Assembly (NCBI RefSeq): GCF_009914755.1
Contig: NC_060945.1
Source of the DNA: the human T2T-CHM13v2.0 reference genome, Homo sapiens
Direction: 5' to 3' (one strand)
Length of the DNA: 64,000 bases
The notes beneath the pieces are model-generated. The model searched no databases. It was not told the DNA's origin and worked only from the letters and a program-made list of their open reading frames with translations. Below are positions 13,866 through 26,609 of the stretch, one piece after another (the first letter of the stretch is position 1; the number at the start of each line of letters is the position of its first letter). Position numbers and translations under genes: made by a program.

Positions 13866-15510
13866 CAAATGAAACTGTTGACTTTTGGAGAACTAAGTCA
13901 CAGACTGTAAAACCAAACCCATTTATTGTTCATCTCAAGGCATGTTAAATAAAGAGGAAAAGACAAAGATATAGTTATAACATTAAAATCTTCATGGCAA
14001 ATAGTTATAAGAAAAAAATTACAATTGTAAAATGTATTAATAGACATAAATTACCTGCTTAGATTTAGCAGGCCAGAAATGTAAATTAAATAATAGTACA
14101 CTATTGAAGACCACTCTGAGTCACTGATTATTAGAAACTTGTTATGATGTCATCATAGGGTTAAAATATTCCTTATCAAAAATGACTCACAGCAAAAATG
14201 TTAAATAAAGTGTGTTAGTGGCACCCCTGTCCACAGTTGCTGGTACTTTTAGTGTATGGCCAATTAGAAAGCTGCTCTTTTGTCCCTCATTTGTAACCAA
14301 TTTCAACACTCAAATTCAATATTGAACTCCTAAATATATTGATAAAACATGTGAGAAGATGTTTGACTTGTTTTATTGTAAAACAAGGCTAATATACAGT
14401 ATGTGAAAGTTTCCATAAAATTCTTAAATTATATATTTAAAAGATATTATGAAAATAAAAAATCTTAGCAAACATAGGGAGAATTATAAACTAACATTTA
14501 TCATACATACCCACCACAAGACTTCAGCAATTCTCACATTTTTTATCTTTCATTTTTAATTATCAACTTCAATTATTCTGGTAATATTTTCAAGTAAGCA
14601 TATTATGTTGTCAGTTTGTAGAAATTTGAGTACCTATATCTAAGAAATAAAGAGAAAAATAAAAATAGTACTATAAAATCTAAGTAAATACAAGTATTTT
14701 CTAATATTGTACTAAAGAGTTTCTTGATTCTTTACGTGCAAAACAGTAGAACTTAGCAACCTCCAAGACTTTATGAGAAATAACAATTTAAGACTAATAT
14801 TTATCCTGGAGACTCAAAGTGACTATAAATAAATATATCTTTAGTTAATAAAGCTTAAAAATAAAGTATTAGTAAAAACACATTTTGAAGATGGCTGACA
14901 CCTTTGTTACTAGACATGGGGCTTGTGCTGTAAATAACTACTTTAAAAGTCCATGGAAAAGGGATTTTCAACCAAAAAGTCTATAGAAAACAAAAAATTT
15001 TGGTTTTTCTGAACTCAGGATGTGAGGCCAGCTTTTAAAGCACGGAATTTAAAAAACCCTCAAGACCCTAAGCTTGATAAGCACGTCACCAGCAGGTCTC
15101 ATTTTTCAGCTCTGTGCACCAGGTGGCATGTCTAGCAAAATGTCCCCTCTCATGTCAGGTTTTTTCTATGAACTCAGAATGACCACTGTCCCTTAGTATG
15201 CAGCCCTGCAGTGGACCCAAAAATGACAATCAATCAGGTCCAGAGTTGCTCATTATGGCCTTTCCAGAATGTAATTATCTAAGGACAATTCTCCCCTTGT
15301 AAAATTAAGAAAGTATCAGAATATTTGCCTAATTTTTGATAACATCATACTGTGAGCCACAAAAAAAGCAAGAATTTAAAATGTAAGGGATTACCTGGAT
15401 CCTAGGGCACAGAAATACACCTCAAATAGAATAGTTTCACACACGATTTTATATGTGGACTTCCTGTGTGGAAGAAAAGAATGTGGGGGTCAATAGTAGA
15501 GAAGTCTGTA

Positions 15511-15998
15511 TGTAGTGGAATTTTAAGAAATCAGAGAGGCCGATGGGGTTCAGGAGGGTATTTATTAATTATTTAGGTGCACTGGTCCAGTCGGATTAAC
15601 ATCCAAAGAATGAGTCCTGAACAAAGAGTTAAGTTACCTTTTAAGCATTTCATGGGTGGGGAGAGATTTGTGCAGGGAGAATCATACTACAGAAGCAAGA
15701 AACAAAGACAGTTATTCAATTGAGACATGCATTACATTATTTCTTACTTTTCAAGGAAAAACCTGTTTTGTGACTTGAATTTATCTGTCTAGTGACCTTG
15801 CAGCTTCACAGCTTGGGAAACAGGGTCTTCACAATCCCTGGGAAAGGAGGAGAGATAAGGATCACTAGCCACAGAAAAACAGGCAGTTAGTTTTTAAAGG
15901 ACTGCAGCTCTTACTCTTTCTCAACAGAAGTTGGGTTTTCTTACACACAAGTGAGTTTCTGCTTACACACTCTTTAATCTCTTATAATTCCTGTTCCA
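15511..15998 (-). mobile_element. LTR15, 3' LTR of a HERV15 provirus
   Basis: Minus strand TGGAACAGGAATTATAAGAG...TTAAAATTCCACTACA matches recalled LTR15; preceded by a purine tract (GGGGAGAA). Confidence 0.85.
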
Positions 15999-16009
15999 TT
16001 CTCCCCATT

Positions 16010-18010
16010 GGTGCTTTTTATAACAGAGGTGTTAATAGAAAGCACCATTATTTGCCAAGTCTTCATGGAGCTGAGCTTTTTCTTCTTCTGGCGGTGGCTG
16101 ATATCTGGTTAATGCATCAACTGTACAGTAGTGTTTTGGGCTACCATTGCCTCCATAGTTGACTGAATACTCCTAATAAACAGAGACAAAAGGCAAGGGA
16201 GGATAAGGCAGATGCAAAGAATAAGCAAGAACCTACTAATGAGGGTTTAGAATTTTTCAAATGCTGAGAACCATCCTCCAAACAAGGAATCCGGGGACTA
16301 CCTGGATCAAGTCTGAAGTGGAACCTGGGCCAACTTGTGCATTCTAGCTGTAATTTTTATGACCACTAATATTGATTTCTTGGCTATTGATTTCTAGGCA
16401 ACAGTTGGTTAAATTAAATTTTCTACATATTCCTCCTTCGGAGGATAAGAGATAATTTAAAGCCAGCCTATTTTGATATATAGCATTTCCTTTTTGTGTT
16501 GCTTGTATTGCCAATAAATCTAGTGCCCTCGATATTTCATTGGTTATGATTTGAAGGACTGCCTGCAACTTCATGATGCGGCTGAGGATACAGATTATGG
16601 TGCAGTACCCTCATGACCTGTCTTGCACCTAGGTAGCTGGCCCATAGCATGTCATGATTCTTTCAGGAGGTCATTTATTACCTTTTTAGTCTCCTGTGTC
16701 CACATCTTTTTTGATATTTTTGTTACTTTTGTGATTATGCTTTTTCTAGTTCTTCTTTTATTTTTATTATAAACTGGATATTCTAAGAATTTCCCTTGCT
16801 TTAGAGGAATTAGAAAGAAGGATGGCTTGATTGCTTTTAACAGACACGCCCCTGCCCATTTTGCTGGCAGTTGCCAATATGCCCATGCTCCACAGATCCA
16901 ATATAGGCCAGAGGGTGCCTTTCAAGCATTTGAATCATCTACCTGATGCCAAGTGCAGCTTAGAGTAAGGAATCCAGAGAAAGTGTTTGGATCTGGTAAG
17001 TAGGAGTCATTCTGGGCATTTCTTCATAGAGTTTTGTTTTTAGTCTCGTAATAATACTGTTGCCCTAGGCAGGTTGTTTTTCCTACTGCCTCTGTGAAAG
17101 CCTTTCCCCATCGAGTGATACAGTACTTTCCAGTTATGGAGATTTCTAACAATCAAACACTGGCTGAGGCTGTTGGTTCACTGGCAGGGTTAAGCAGAGT
17201 GAAGTTATCTTGTGGCATTAATTCCTTTGCCTCCCATTGCCACTCATTCTCCATATTAGTTTCTCTACATACATAGCATGAAGAAATTTTTAAGCTGTCA
17301 TCTGTGTCTTCAGCTAGTTGAGCAAATAAGTTTTTGGTTGATGGGGGAACCTCGGTCACTGGCTGATCAAAATGTTTACAGAATGACTTGGTATTGAGGG
17401 GTTGGATGCATTTGAGTCCTTATAGTATTTTTGACAATTAGTAGTGGAACTCCAAGACCTGCTCCTTGTCTATCAACTCGTAATAGTGCTGTCTGTCCTG
17501 TAGACCAAAAAGGTAGCTCTGGCTTTAAGATAGTAAAATTTAAAGGATCGCATGTCCTTGTCTTACAATCTGGTTTTTAGGATTATGAACATACGTGGCA
17601 TGGCAGTCATCAAAGAAGAAATAGGCCCTTTTTAGAAGGGTGGGATTTCTTTGGTTTGAGCTATAAGCTTTCCTTCTGTTTCTCCCTCTGATTTAATATG
17701 TACCTCAAAATAGAATTAATAGGGTAAGAGCCCAGGCTCATAACATACATATAGCTGATTATTTCCTCAGTCACAGACTGAATAGGTGGTCTGGTTGTAT
17801 GTGCATATTCCTAATTTGCTTCCTGTACATTCATAGTAGGTATGGTACAGTAGAGTTTTAACTGTGGTATTTTTTATCCAGGTAATGTGTACACAGCGTG
17901 GACATCCTTCAAGAGATTTGTCCCCTTTCAGTATAAGCATAAATGGTAACAACATTGTTGTATGTAATAGAAACATGCTTACACTACACATGGGCACAAA
18001 AACTTTCCTC
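16010..18010 (-). pseudogene. ERV env remnant (ERV3-like SU/TM)
   Basis: [11 protein letters not shown]...[30 protein letters not shown] (immunosuppressive domain and CX6CC); NLFAQLAE...SSCYVC; TLLYHTYYEC. Confidence 0.88.
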
Positions 18011-18199
18011 TGGGCATAGACATTTGCAGCATTTGCAGTAATAACATAACAACGGAACAATCAGTATTGACAGAATTGTAACTATGGTTATAAATTGTAT
18101 TCACATTTACTTATCTGGACATGGTCCTCTTAGCTTCGGCTGTGTGTACACTAGTCAGCTTCCGGGATGTGACTAGAGCAGAGTTTGAAGAATCCTTAA

Positions 18200-20620
18200 G
18201 CTTCAGCCATGCTTAGACTGACCAGCCTCCAGTGTGGTCAGAGCAGGGCGGTTGTCCTTTTTACCGGTGGCTGAGATTTGCCATAGGGCTATTCGAGTGG
18301 GGCAATCTGGGTCTTGTTGGCTAATCCACAGGTTGTCATCAGGACTCGCTACTGTCACTGGTTTTAGATGGCTATGGTGAATCCAAGGTGTGGCACCTGC
18401 AACTTTAACAGCAGTGGGAGTAGACATGATTACAATATGGCGCCTATCGTATACGGGTCCTAGAGTGGTTGAATTCCATTTTTTACCTAAACGAAGTCCC
18501 TAGGTTTGAAAGGGTGTACTGGGTCTGTTAGACTTATAGGCATTTTTTTACATACTTAACCATGCATTTTAGTATAGCCATACTTAAAGCCTGCATTTGC
18601 CTTCTTAAAGTTAGTTTTCCCAATTTACAGAGATTACCCTGAATCTGATTTTTCTGGGGGGTGGGCAGCTGAACAAAATCTCAGAGGGCGAATACTCAGT
18701 TTTTTGGTGGGGGTGCACCTGACTCATAAGAGGACCATGGGCAAGACCTGATATTACTTCAGATGAGTTTTTCGACAAAATTTCTTCAACAGCTGCTTGA
18801 GTGTCCAGTTTATGCTCTCCACTTTACCTGAGATCTGCTACCTGTAGGCTGTATGTTATTTCCATTTTATTTTTAATAGTCGAGTTAAGTCCTGAACTAT
18901 TTTAGCCACAAATGTTGGTCCATTCTCTGATCTTAGAGTTAGAGGCAGCCGAAATCTGGAAACAATGTCTCTTAACGCCTTGGTCACGTCTAGTGCCCTC
19001 TCTGTCCTGGTGGTAAAGGCCTTGAGCTATCCTGAAAAGGTGCAAATGAACACCAATATGTACTGATAGCCCCCGTCTCAGGGTCATTCAGTGAAGTCCA
19101 TAAGCAGATTTTCACAGGGCATGGCTCCTTTTTCCTGAACTCCCATGGGCCGAGTAGGATCTTGTCGTGGATTGTTCCGAGTGTAAGTTAAACACAGTTT
19201 ACAAATGGCCCGAGTAATAGCAATGAGCCATGGCAGATAAAAATGATGCCTTAATAGTGTCTTTATTTTTTTTTTTAATCTGAGTTCGGTGGTGGAATTG
19301 TTTTACAAATCTGGGGGTCACCATTTCAGGTATGGCTAGCCTCCCATTGAAGAATTTGTATTATCCTCTTTCAATGTAGTTCTTATTTTCCTGGGGAAGC
19401 CAAGCTCTGTTATTTGGAGTGAAGATTGGGATCTCCAGGAGGGGAATCTCCGGGAGGAGAGGCATAGCTAAGGCGTCTTCTTTAGGTGGAGTTGTCATTG
19501 CAGCCTTCTTTGCCTCTTTGCCTTCGTATCTTTTTTAGCCCTTAGTGTTCTTGCTTTTTGCTGCCTCTTGCAGGACTTCACTACCGTCACTTTTGGGGCC
19601 CATACAGCGTTTAAGAGCTGTAGGATGTCTTCCTTGTACTTTATTTCTTTGTTTCCAGCAGTTAAAAGTCTTCTTTTTTTCTTTGTAAATAACCTTATGA
19701 ACATGCAAAGTGGCAGAAGCATATTTGGAACCTGTATAAATATTGGTCTTTTGGTCTTTTGCTAGCCAGAGAACTCTTGTCAGAGCTCTTAGTTCTGCTT
19801 TCTAATCATGTTTCTGTAGATGAAGACTGCACCTCTACTGTTGAGTCTAAAGTCACCACTGCATACACAGCTTGGCGGGCTCCTTTTAGTATGAAACTGC
19901 TTCCATCAGTAGAATATTCAATGTTTGGGTCCCTGAGGGACTGATCTGTCAAATCTCTCTGGCTTGAGAACACTTCATCTACCACGTCCACACCACAATG
20001 AAACGGTCCTCCTGGCACTGACTCGATGAGAGTAAGGTAGCCGGATTTAGGGTATTCACAGTCTCTAAAGTTAGTTTACTAGCTTCCTGCACCAGTACGG
20101 CAGTGGCTGCTAGTGCTTTAAGACAAGGAGGCCATCCAAGTGCAAAAGAATCTAATTGCCTGGATAAATATGCCACCAGGCGATGCCATGACCTTATGGC
20201 TTGAGTCAGAACCCCTATGGCCTCCCTTTCACTTGTGCACATACAAGAAGAAAAGCTTGATTAGTTAGATCTGGCAGTCCTAAAGCTGGGGCCTGAGTCA
20301 AGGCTTCTTTGATTTCTTTAAAATCCTTCTCCTCTTTGGCCTCCTAGAGGAGGGGCTCCTTTTTTCCTCCTCTTAGTGGCTTGGTATGATGGCTTGACCA
20401 TGAGCAAGAAATTTGGGTTGTAAACGCGGCAGAACCTTGCTGCTCTTAGAAACTCTCTTACTTGACACCGGGTGGTTGGAGTAGAAAGTGCACAAACAGC
20501 CTGCTTTTTTTCAGGACTAAGCCATCTTTCCTCTTGGCTTATATAAAAGCTTAAATATTAGACACTTTTAGAGGAGATTTGAGCTTTTTTCTGACACTTT
20601 TTATTCTGCCTTCTACAGCA
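18200..20620 (-). pseudogene. ERV pol remnant (RT C-terminus, RNase H, integrase)
   Basis: GVLTQ...VAYLSRQLD...GWPPCLKALAATA; YSTDGSSF (RNase H); STPTAVKVAGATPWIHHSHLK (integrase C-terminus). Protease and N-terminal RT are missing at the ~20620 junction. Confidence 0.88.
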
Positions 20621-22014
20621 GGTGCAGTGGTTCTTGCGTTTCTTCTGCGTGTAGTAGCCCTTGGCTGGTGTGTGTGTGTGATTTTTTGGTTCTGTTTTTT
20701 TGGGTTTTTTTGGTTTGTTTTTTGTTTCTTTTACTATTGCCCTGATCATTTTCATTATTTCTTTGACATTTATGCTTCCAGTGTCTTTCCTTTTGCACCA
20801 TGCACATTAATCTCTCTCTAGCCTCGGCTGGCCTTCACACTCCTGTCCAGACTAGCCTTTTTCATGACTACGTTCACGCCCGCGTCCATGCCTCCTTGTA
20901 AAGCCAGCTCCTCTTCCCGGAAGGGCTGCTGCTAGTAAGTTAGCCTTTCTTAAGCCTGTGATCAGCCTTTTCCTTTGCCTCCTCATCTCGGTTAATTAAC
21001 ACCTTGGTTGTCACTTTAATAAGCTGAGTAGCATTCACGCCTACGGAGCTTGTAACTTCTGCAATTTATGCCTGATATCTCCTTGGGTCTGCCTTACAAG
21101 TGCTGGATTCACCCTGCACTTATTTTTGAGTAGCCTCAGGGTTAAACGGAGTGTACAATAAAAATGCCTCACAAAGTCTTTCATAGAACTTGCTGTGCTT
21201 TTATCTGCACCCTGAAGCATGTCTGAGATTTTTTAAAATATTGATTGCCTTTTTCTTTTACCATCCTTTAGCCTTTGCAGATGGGCTTCTCGGCACCTTT
21301 GCAGGTGCTGAATCTGGACTGCATCATCTGGGTCTTAGTGGGGGTCCTCCTGTCCTCTTAAGAGGCATGAGCATATCTTATGCACGACCAGACCTGAGAC
21401 GGCCTGCCTGATTTTCGCTCTCATTTCACCTTCTCGGGTGAGACTGGCAGCATGTATCCATTTGAACTTAACTCCTTAGGGACAGTTACCTTGGTAAAGG
21501 GGGTAGATTGGAATGTAAGGAGGAGCGGTCTCTATTCTTTTCTGTGGTTGTGACAAAACCGGTTTTTCTGCCTTTTCTGAGATTTTTTCATTTGTCTTCA
21601 GCTGCTGGGGCAGCTGATTTTACTTTCACTTTTGGCTGGGAGGTGCTACAAGCCTCTGTGTCTCCTTTTAACTCTGTAGCTGCCAGAGCAGCTGATTTTC
21701 TCTTGCCGTGAGCTGCGAGCATTCTACAGTAAACTGCTAGGCAGGGCTGCATTCATTTAGCCATGAGTCAATATAAAGACTAGGTCTGAATGTCCTGGCT
21801 GTTCTCTGACCCTAGTCACCACCTTAAAACACACGGCCAATTTTTCTATAGTGCCTTTGGCAAGCCATCTGACACTAAAACAGGGCTATTCTAATTCACA
21901 GTATGTCCTTAACTTTTGAACACTCAGTTTCATCCTATAATCACCTCTAACTCTTTTTTTAAAATTCTTTATTATGCTTTTCAAAGGAGCCACTTTTGAT
22001 GTTTTCACTCTCAT
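20621..22014 (-). pseudogene. ERV gag remnant
   Basis: ATG at 22014 gives MRVKTSKVAPLKSIIKNFKKRVRGDYRMKLSVQKLRTYCELE*PCFSVRWLAKGT (matrix-like); degenerate CCHC knuckle near 20770-20810. Confidence 0.82.
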
Positions 22015-22271
22015 TTCCTCTCTTGCAGTTCACTTTCACTCTGACTTTCACTCTTGAGTCCACCAGACCTGGTCCTATTGCGGGAGTTTCAGATGCTGCT
22101 TAGCCAGGACCATGCCTTCCCCTGTCGCAGACTGCTGCAGCTGTAAAGCTGGTACTATCAGCCATATGAAGCATCTTAGGTCTGATTTTCCCCACATTCG
22201 CCTCAGAGCACACAGCCACCACTAAGGGATCTGTGCCTCCCCATGTCGCTGCCCACATTGGCCTCTCCCAA

Positions 22272-22713
22272 TGTAACAGGAAGAGCGGCAGACAAAACCC
22301 CTTGGACACTGAGTTAAAGAAAGAAGGTGTTTATTCACCTGGGAGCTTCAGCAAGACTTCTTTCCCAAGAGCTGAACCCTCCGAGTGAGCAATTCCTGTC
22401 CCTTTTAAGGGCTCACAACTCTAAGGGGGTCCGCATGAGAGGGTCACGATCTATTGAGCAAGCAGTGGGTATGTGACTGGGGGCTGCATACACTGGTAAT
22501 TAGAAAGGTACTGAACAGGACAGGGATCTTCACAGTGCATTTTTTATACAAATAACCGATTAGGTCAGGGGTTGACCTTTAACTACCAGGCCCAGGGTGT
22601 GGCGCTGGGCTGTCTGCTTGTGGATTTCATTTCTGCCTTCTAGTTTTTACTTCTTCTTTCTTTGGAGGCAGAAATTGGGTATAAGACAATATGAGGGTTG
22701 GTCTCCTCCCTTA
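22272..22713 (-). mobile_element. LTR2 (HERV-E/Harlequin), 3' LTR
   Basis: Minus strand TAAGGGAGGAGACCAACCCTCATATTGTCTTATACCCAATTTCTGCCTCCAAAGAAAG...TCCTGTTACA; preceded by PPT AAAGGGGGAAAA. Confidence 0.9.
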
Positions 22714-23099
22714 TTTTCCCCCTTTGAGACTCTCACTCATTTTATTAGTGGGAGTTCTCACCTTCTTCCTCACTACCTATGTCTTCCTCTATCACAGATT
22801 GATAGTGATTCATGTAGTACACTCGTGCTGAAGCGTTCTGGTGAACTAGAGTTGCCATGAAAACTTTTACCACTTGAATGAGTACAGCTAGTAAGCAAGA
22901 GATCAGTAAGCAGGTTCCTATTACTACTATAGTTTCCATTATAAGAGTTTTAAATCCTTCTAGTGCCGGGAACCATTTTCAAACATGGCCTCAGTGTCAA
23001 ATCGGTGCCACACCTGTACTGGCACATGTGCCAGTTTCATCATGTCTTTAACTATATCTTCGACTACTTGCCCCTGATCATCTATGTGCAGACAGCAAG
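22714..23099 (-). pseudogene. Harlequin/HERV-IP-like env TM 3' end
   Basis: CCLHIDDQGQVVEDIVKDMMKLAHVPVQVWH and VIGTCLL...LVHQNASARVYYMNHY...ENSH; abruptly truncated at ~23100. Confidence 0.82.
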
Positions 23100-23424
23100 T
23101 GGGCCTAATTACAGTCACTAAATTGGGCCTAATTACAGTCATAATCAATTTACTAAAATAACCAGACAGCAAGACAGGTTTCCAAACATTGGCAAATGTT
23201 TCAGGGAGAAAAAAATGCCCCACTAGAGAAGCATGGTTGTATCTCTGTGTGTACATACACACGGGGCCAGGCAGTTCTATGCATGATAGTCTGGGACTGT
23301 AAAAGTGACTATGCAAACCTTTACATTCTGTCACAGAACTTACAATTTAAAGTGAGCATCTTTTTCTGTGACTTAGAAATTGACTTTTTTTTTTTTTAGT
23401 TGGGAGCCACTTTTAGCAATTTTC

Positions 23425-23690
23425 CCTTTGTTGATACATAATAATAGTATATATTTGTGGTGCATGAGTGATATTTTGATACATGCATGCAATGTACAGT
23501 GATGAAATCAGGGTAATTAGAATATCCATCACCTCAAACATGGATATTATTTTCTTTGTGTTTGAAAAATTTCCTTTGTGTTGGGAGAATTTAAAGCCAT
23601 CTCTTCTATCTATTTTAAAATATATTAAAAATTAGTGCTAACTGTAGTTATCCTACTGTGCTGTCAGACACTAGAAATTATTCCTCCTAT
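23425..23690 (-). mobile_element. L1MA 3' UTR fragment
   Basis: GATATTTTGATACATGCATGCAATGTACAGTGATGAAATCAGGGTAATTAGAATATCCATCACCTCAAACAT. Confidence 0.75.
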
Positions 23691-23929
23691 GATAAAAAGT
23701 TTAGGCTGTATCCCATGGGTAGTAGGACACCACATGACTGAGTGGTCATCTGGGAAATTATCTGGATGACTTTGGAACATTCCTGGTTGAGCCAGGTGGC
23801 TGTTGCAACAAACTGTGGGGAAGCCCCTCCCCTAATGCCCCCTAAGCCAGCTGTCACTACATGGCAGGAAACCTCCAAACCTGAGGGCCCCAGGAAACAA
23901 TGACAGTCCCCACTCACATGCAACTTGTG

Positions 23930-24240
23930 CTGTGCTCAGTGCCCTCCACATTGAGCCTGATCTAGCTTTACCCGAGGGCTGTGAGGTGGGACAATCAGTA
24001 TCCCTTTATTTTAAAAGGCTCAGTGAAGTTTTGGGCTTAATGTGAGTGAAGTGATCCTAAAAGCTGACTCTGGGATCCCGGCTCCACCACTGACCAGTCC
24101 TGCAGGTGTCGAGAGTTGCCTCTCCTCCCCTCGATTTCATTTTGTCCTCTGTGAAGTGCAGCCGTGCTGATGACTCACATATCAGGGATACATGGGAACT
24201 GTCAATGAACAGAGTGCTCTACACAGTGCCTGGAGCTCAG
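23930..24240. mobile_element. MIR fragments
   Basis: Degenerate MIR core (GGCTCCACCACTGACCAG...TTCATTTTGTCCTCTGTGAAGTG...ACAGTGCCTGG). Confidence 0.45.
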
Positions 24241-25415
24241 AATGCAGATGAGGGAGGAGGGTGAGCCATAATTCTGAGGGAAGTCCCAACATAATTTAGC
24301 CCTTCCATCTAGTAGCCGGGCCCCAGTACAGAGTCCTATGTCAGTGACAGGGCAAACTGAGACCAGCTCAAACACAGCCTCTTCCTCAGCAGCAGGGCCC
24401 AACTAAGGCACTTGGTGTTTTGGTTCATTTCCTGCAGCTTCAATGTAAAGAATATTGTGAGACATTTGCTGGAACAACTGAAAATCAGAAGAAGAAGAGA
24501 CAGCTCTTCTCCATCTCCCTGAGAGCTCTTCCCCAGAATGTGTTTATCCAGAGAGGAGGGGAAATATTTATTTTTCGTAAATAGTAAATGCTAGAGTCGA
24601 ATATTATATGAAAATCTCATTCTACTACAAAATCGGAGTTGTGGTTGTGGTTCTTTTTATTTCACTTGTGTAAGCTTAAATGAGATACAGACTCTAACAT
24701 TTCTCCTTGAATTATGAAATCCTAAAGAGTCGGCAGCATAATGTATGAGGAAGAAGAGAAAAGCAGTCATAGTTTCTGGCTGCCGGATAAGACACCCAGG
24801 TCCATTTTTCTCAGAGCATATGTTCATTTTAATATTAACCCAAGGAAAGAGTGAAGATAGATCATTCGAACTTGCAGAATTAATAATTTGAAGGTATTTT
24901 CACAAAGCATAGCGACAGTCTTGGAAATATAGATTTCTTTAAAAAGCAGTTGCAGAGATCAGGAGGATGAATACCTTTCTATGATTTTACAAAAAATAAA
25001 TCAACTTCTGCTTCACTTGCTGAGGTTTCCTCTAAGCAACTATTAGGACATTGTTGTTTTTTCTTCCAACTCTGGAGTTGCATCAGGTCTATGTGGGAAA
25101 AAACATTATAAAATAAAATGACCAAAGTCAAAAGGAGAAGGCCAGGGAAAGTCTATTGACAATGGATGCAGGGCAGAAAGGAAGCTGCATTCTCAATCTT
25201 CTTCTGGTGTCCTGTGATTGAGCCTTTACCTTAGATGTAAATCCTCCCAGAGTTTTGTCTCTTACCTTAGAATTTCTATTCTTTTTTTAAGTTAGTTTCT
25301 TATCTAGAATGAAAGAATTGTAATGCCCCTTTATGGCTACACCTGGGCCTTATTCTGTAAATATTTTTACTACCTATGAGGTAAAATTCCCAGCATTAGG
25401 GCAATTCTTTATCCA

Positions 25416-25713
25416 ATTTTTTCTTTCTGAGACAGAGTCTTGCTGTGTCACCCAGGCTGGAGTACATTGGTACAATCTTGGCTCACTGCGATCTCCACCT
25501 CCTGGGTTCAAGAGATTCTGCTGCCTCAGGCTTCTGTGTAGCTGAGATTACAGGCACCCAGCTTCATGTCCAGCTAATTTTTGTACGTTTAGTATGTTCA
25601 GTAAATTTTGTATTTTTAGTTTCACTATGTTTGTCAGGCTGGTCTTGAACTCCTGACCTCCAATAATCTGCCCGCCTTGGCCTTCCAAAGTGCTGGAATT
25701 ACAGGTGTGAACC
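25416..25713 (-). mobile_element. Alu (AluS-like)
   Basis: TGAGACAGAGTCTTGCTGTGTCACCCAGGCTGGAG...CCAAAGTGCTGGAATTACAGGTGTGA. Confidence 0.93.
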
Positions 25714-26609
25714 AATTCTTTTTGAGGAATAAATTACCTAAAGGTCCTCAAGCCTTTCTGTCAGGCATATCTTGGCCTTTTCTCTCTGACTGGGGTCCGA
25801 TGAATCACAGGTGGGCACTATTTTTCTATATTCCCAACCAGTGATAATCCTTGCGCTCTTTATTTCTAATTAAAAGAAATCCAAAATGGAGATAGTTATT
25901 TGAGAGGTCTCTAAAGACAACTAGGAGGACATGAGGAGTTGAATTAATACTCATACACACCCAGGTGGAATTTTACCTGTTCGAACTGGGAAAATTACAG
26001 ATGTCCTAAAAAGGCAACTGCATTTGACTTGGATTGTTTATACTGAGCCTGATCACAAACCTCCTGAAGAGAAAGCTGTGCTGAATTAAGCTGATGATTG
26101 CCTAGATACAGTCTAAGCTGGCAATCAAACATTGTCCATCATAGACCGTGCTAAAATCTTTCACTTGTGTAAACTTGCAGTAAAACTTTATAAGTCCCTC
26201 CCTAACCTCATCTGAATGGAACATGATATAGCTTCTTGCTAAATTTGTGTCTCCCAAATAGCAATTTATAAAAAATCATGATTAAAATACCTTTTATTTT
26301 ATTTTCCACAGGGTCTGTTTTACTCCCATGTTATAAAATGCTTTTCTCAAGAAAGCATAGAGCCCATTCTCTTCTCTAGAGAGAATCGCAGCCTTGCAAA
26401 AGAGACAACTAAAAATACATACATATAAGTAGCAAGAATTTAAAACTCAAAATATTAAATATGTTACAAAAGTATACAAGCAATAGAATAAATAGGATGA
26501 ATAGCAAAATGGATAAAATCAACTGTGAGTTGAAAGCCTGAAAGTTCAGGTGAAGGTGTTGAAAATGCTTCAGAAAAAACTAAGGAGATAAATATTTATA
26601 AAAATAAAG

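Larger units (their letters stand above)
15999..22271 (-). mobile_element. HERV15/ERV3-group gammaretroviral internal region (leader-gag-[deletion]-pol-env), defective
   Basis: Ordered gag, pol and env remnants upstream of LTR15; many stops and frameshifts. Confidence 0.88.

Noticed and set aside
15511-22271. Possible identity with the AZFa-flanking HERV15 proviruses on chromosome Y
   Set aside because: Cannot be supported from the sequence; this copy lacks a 5' LTR15 and is fused to LTR2, and no AZFa landmarks are visible.
24410-24530. Acceptor-like TTCATTTCCTGCAG followed by FNVKNIVRHLLEQLKIRRRRDSSSPSP*, faintly like a small-GTPase C-terminus
   Set aside because: Too short, no partner exons or G-box motifs found; similarity probably coincidental.
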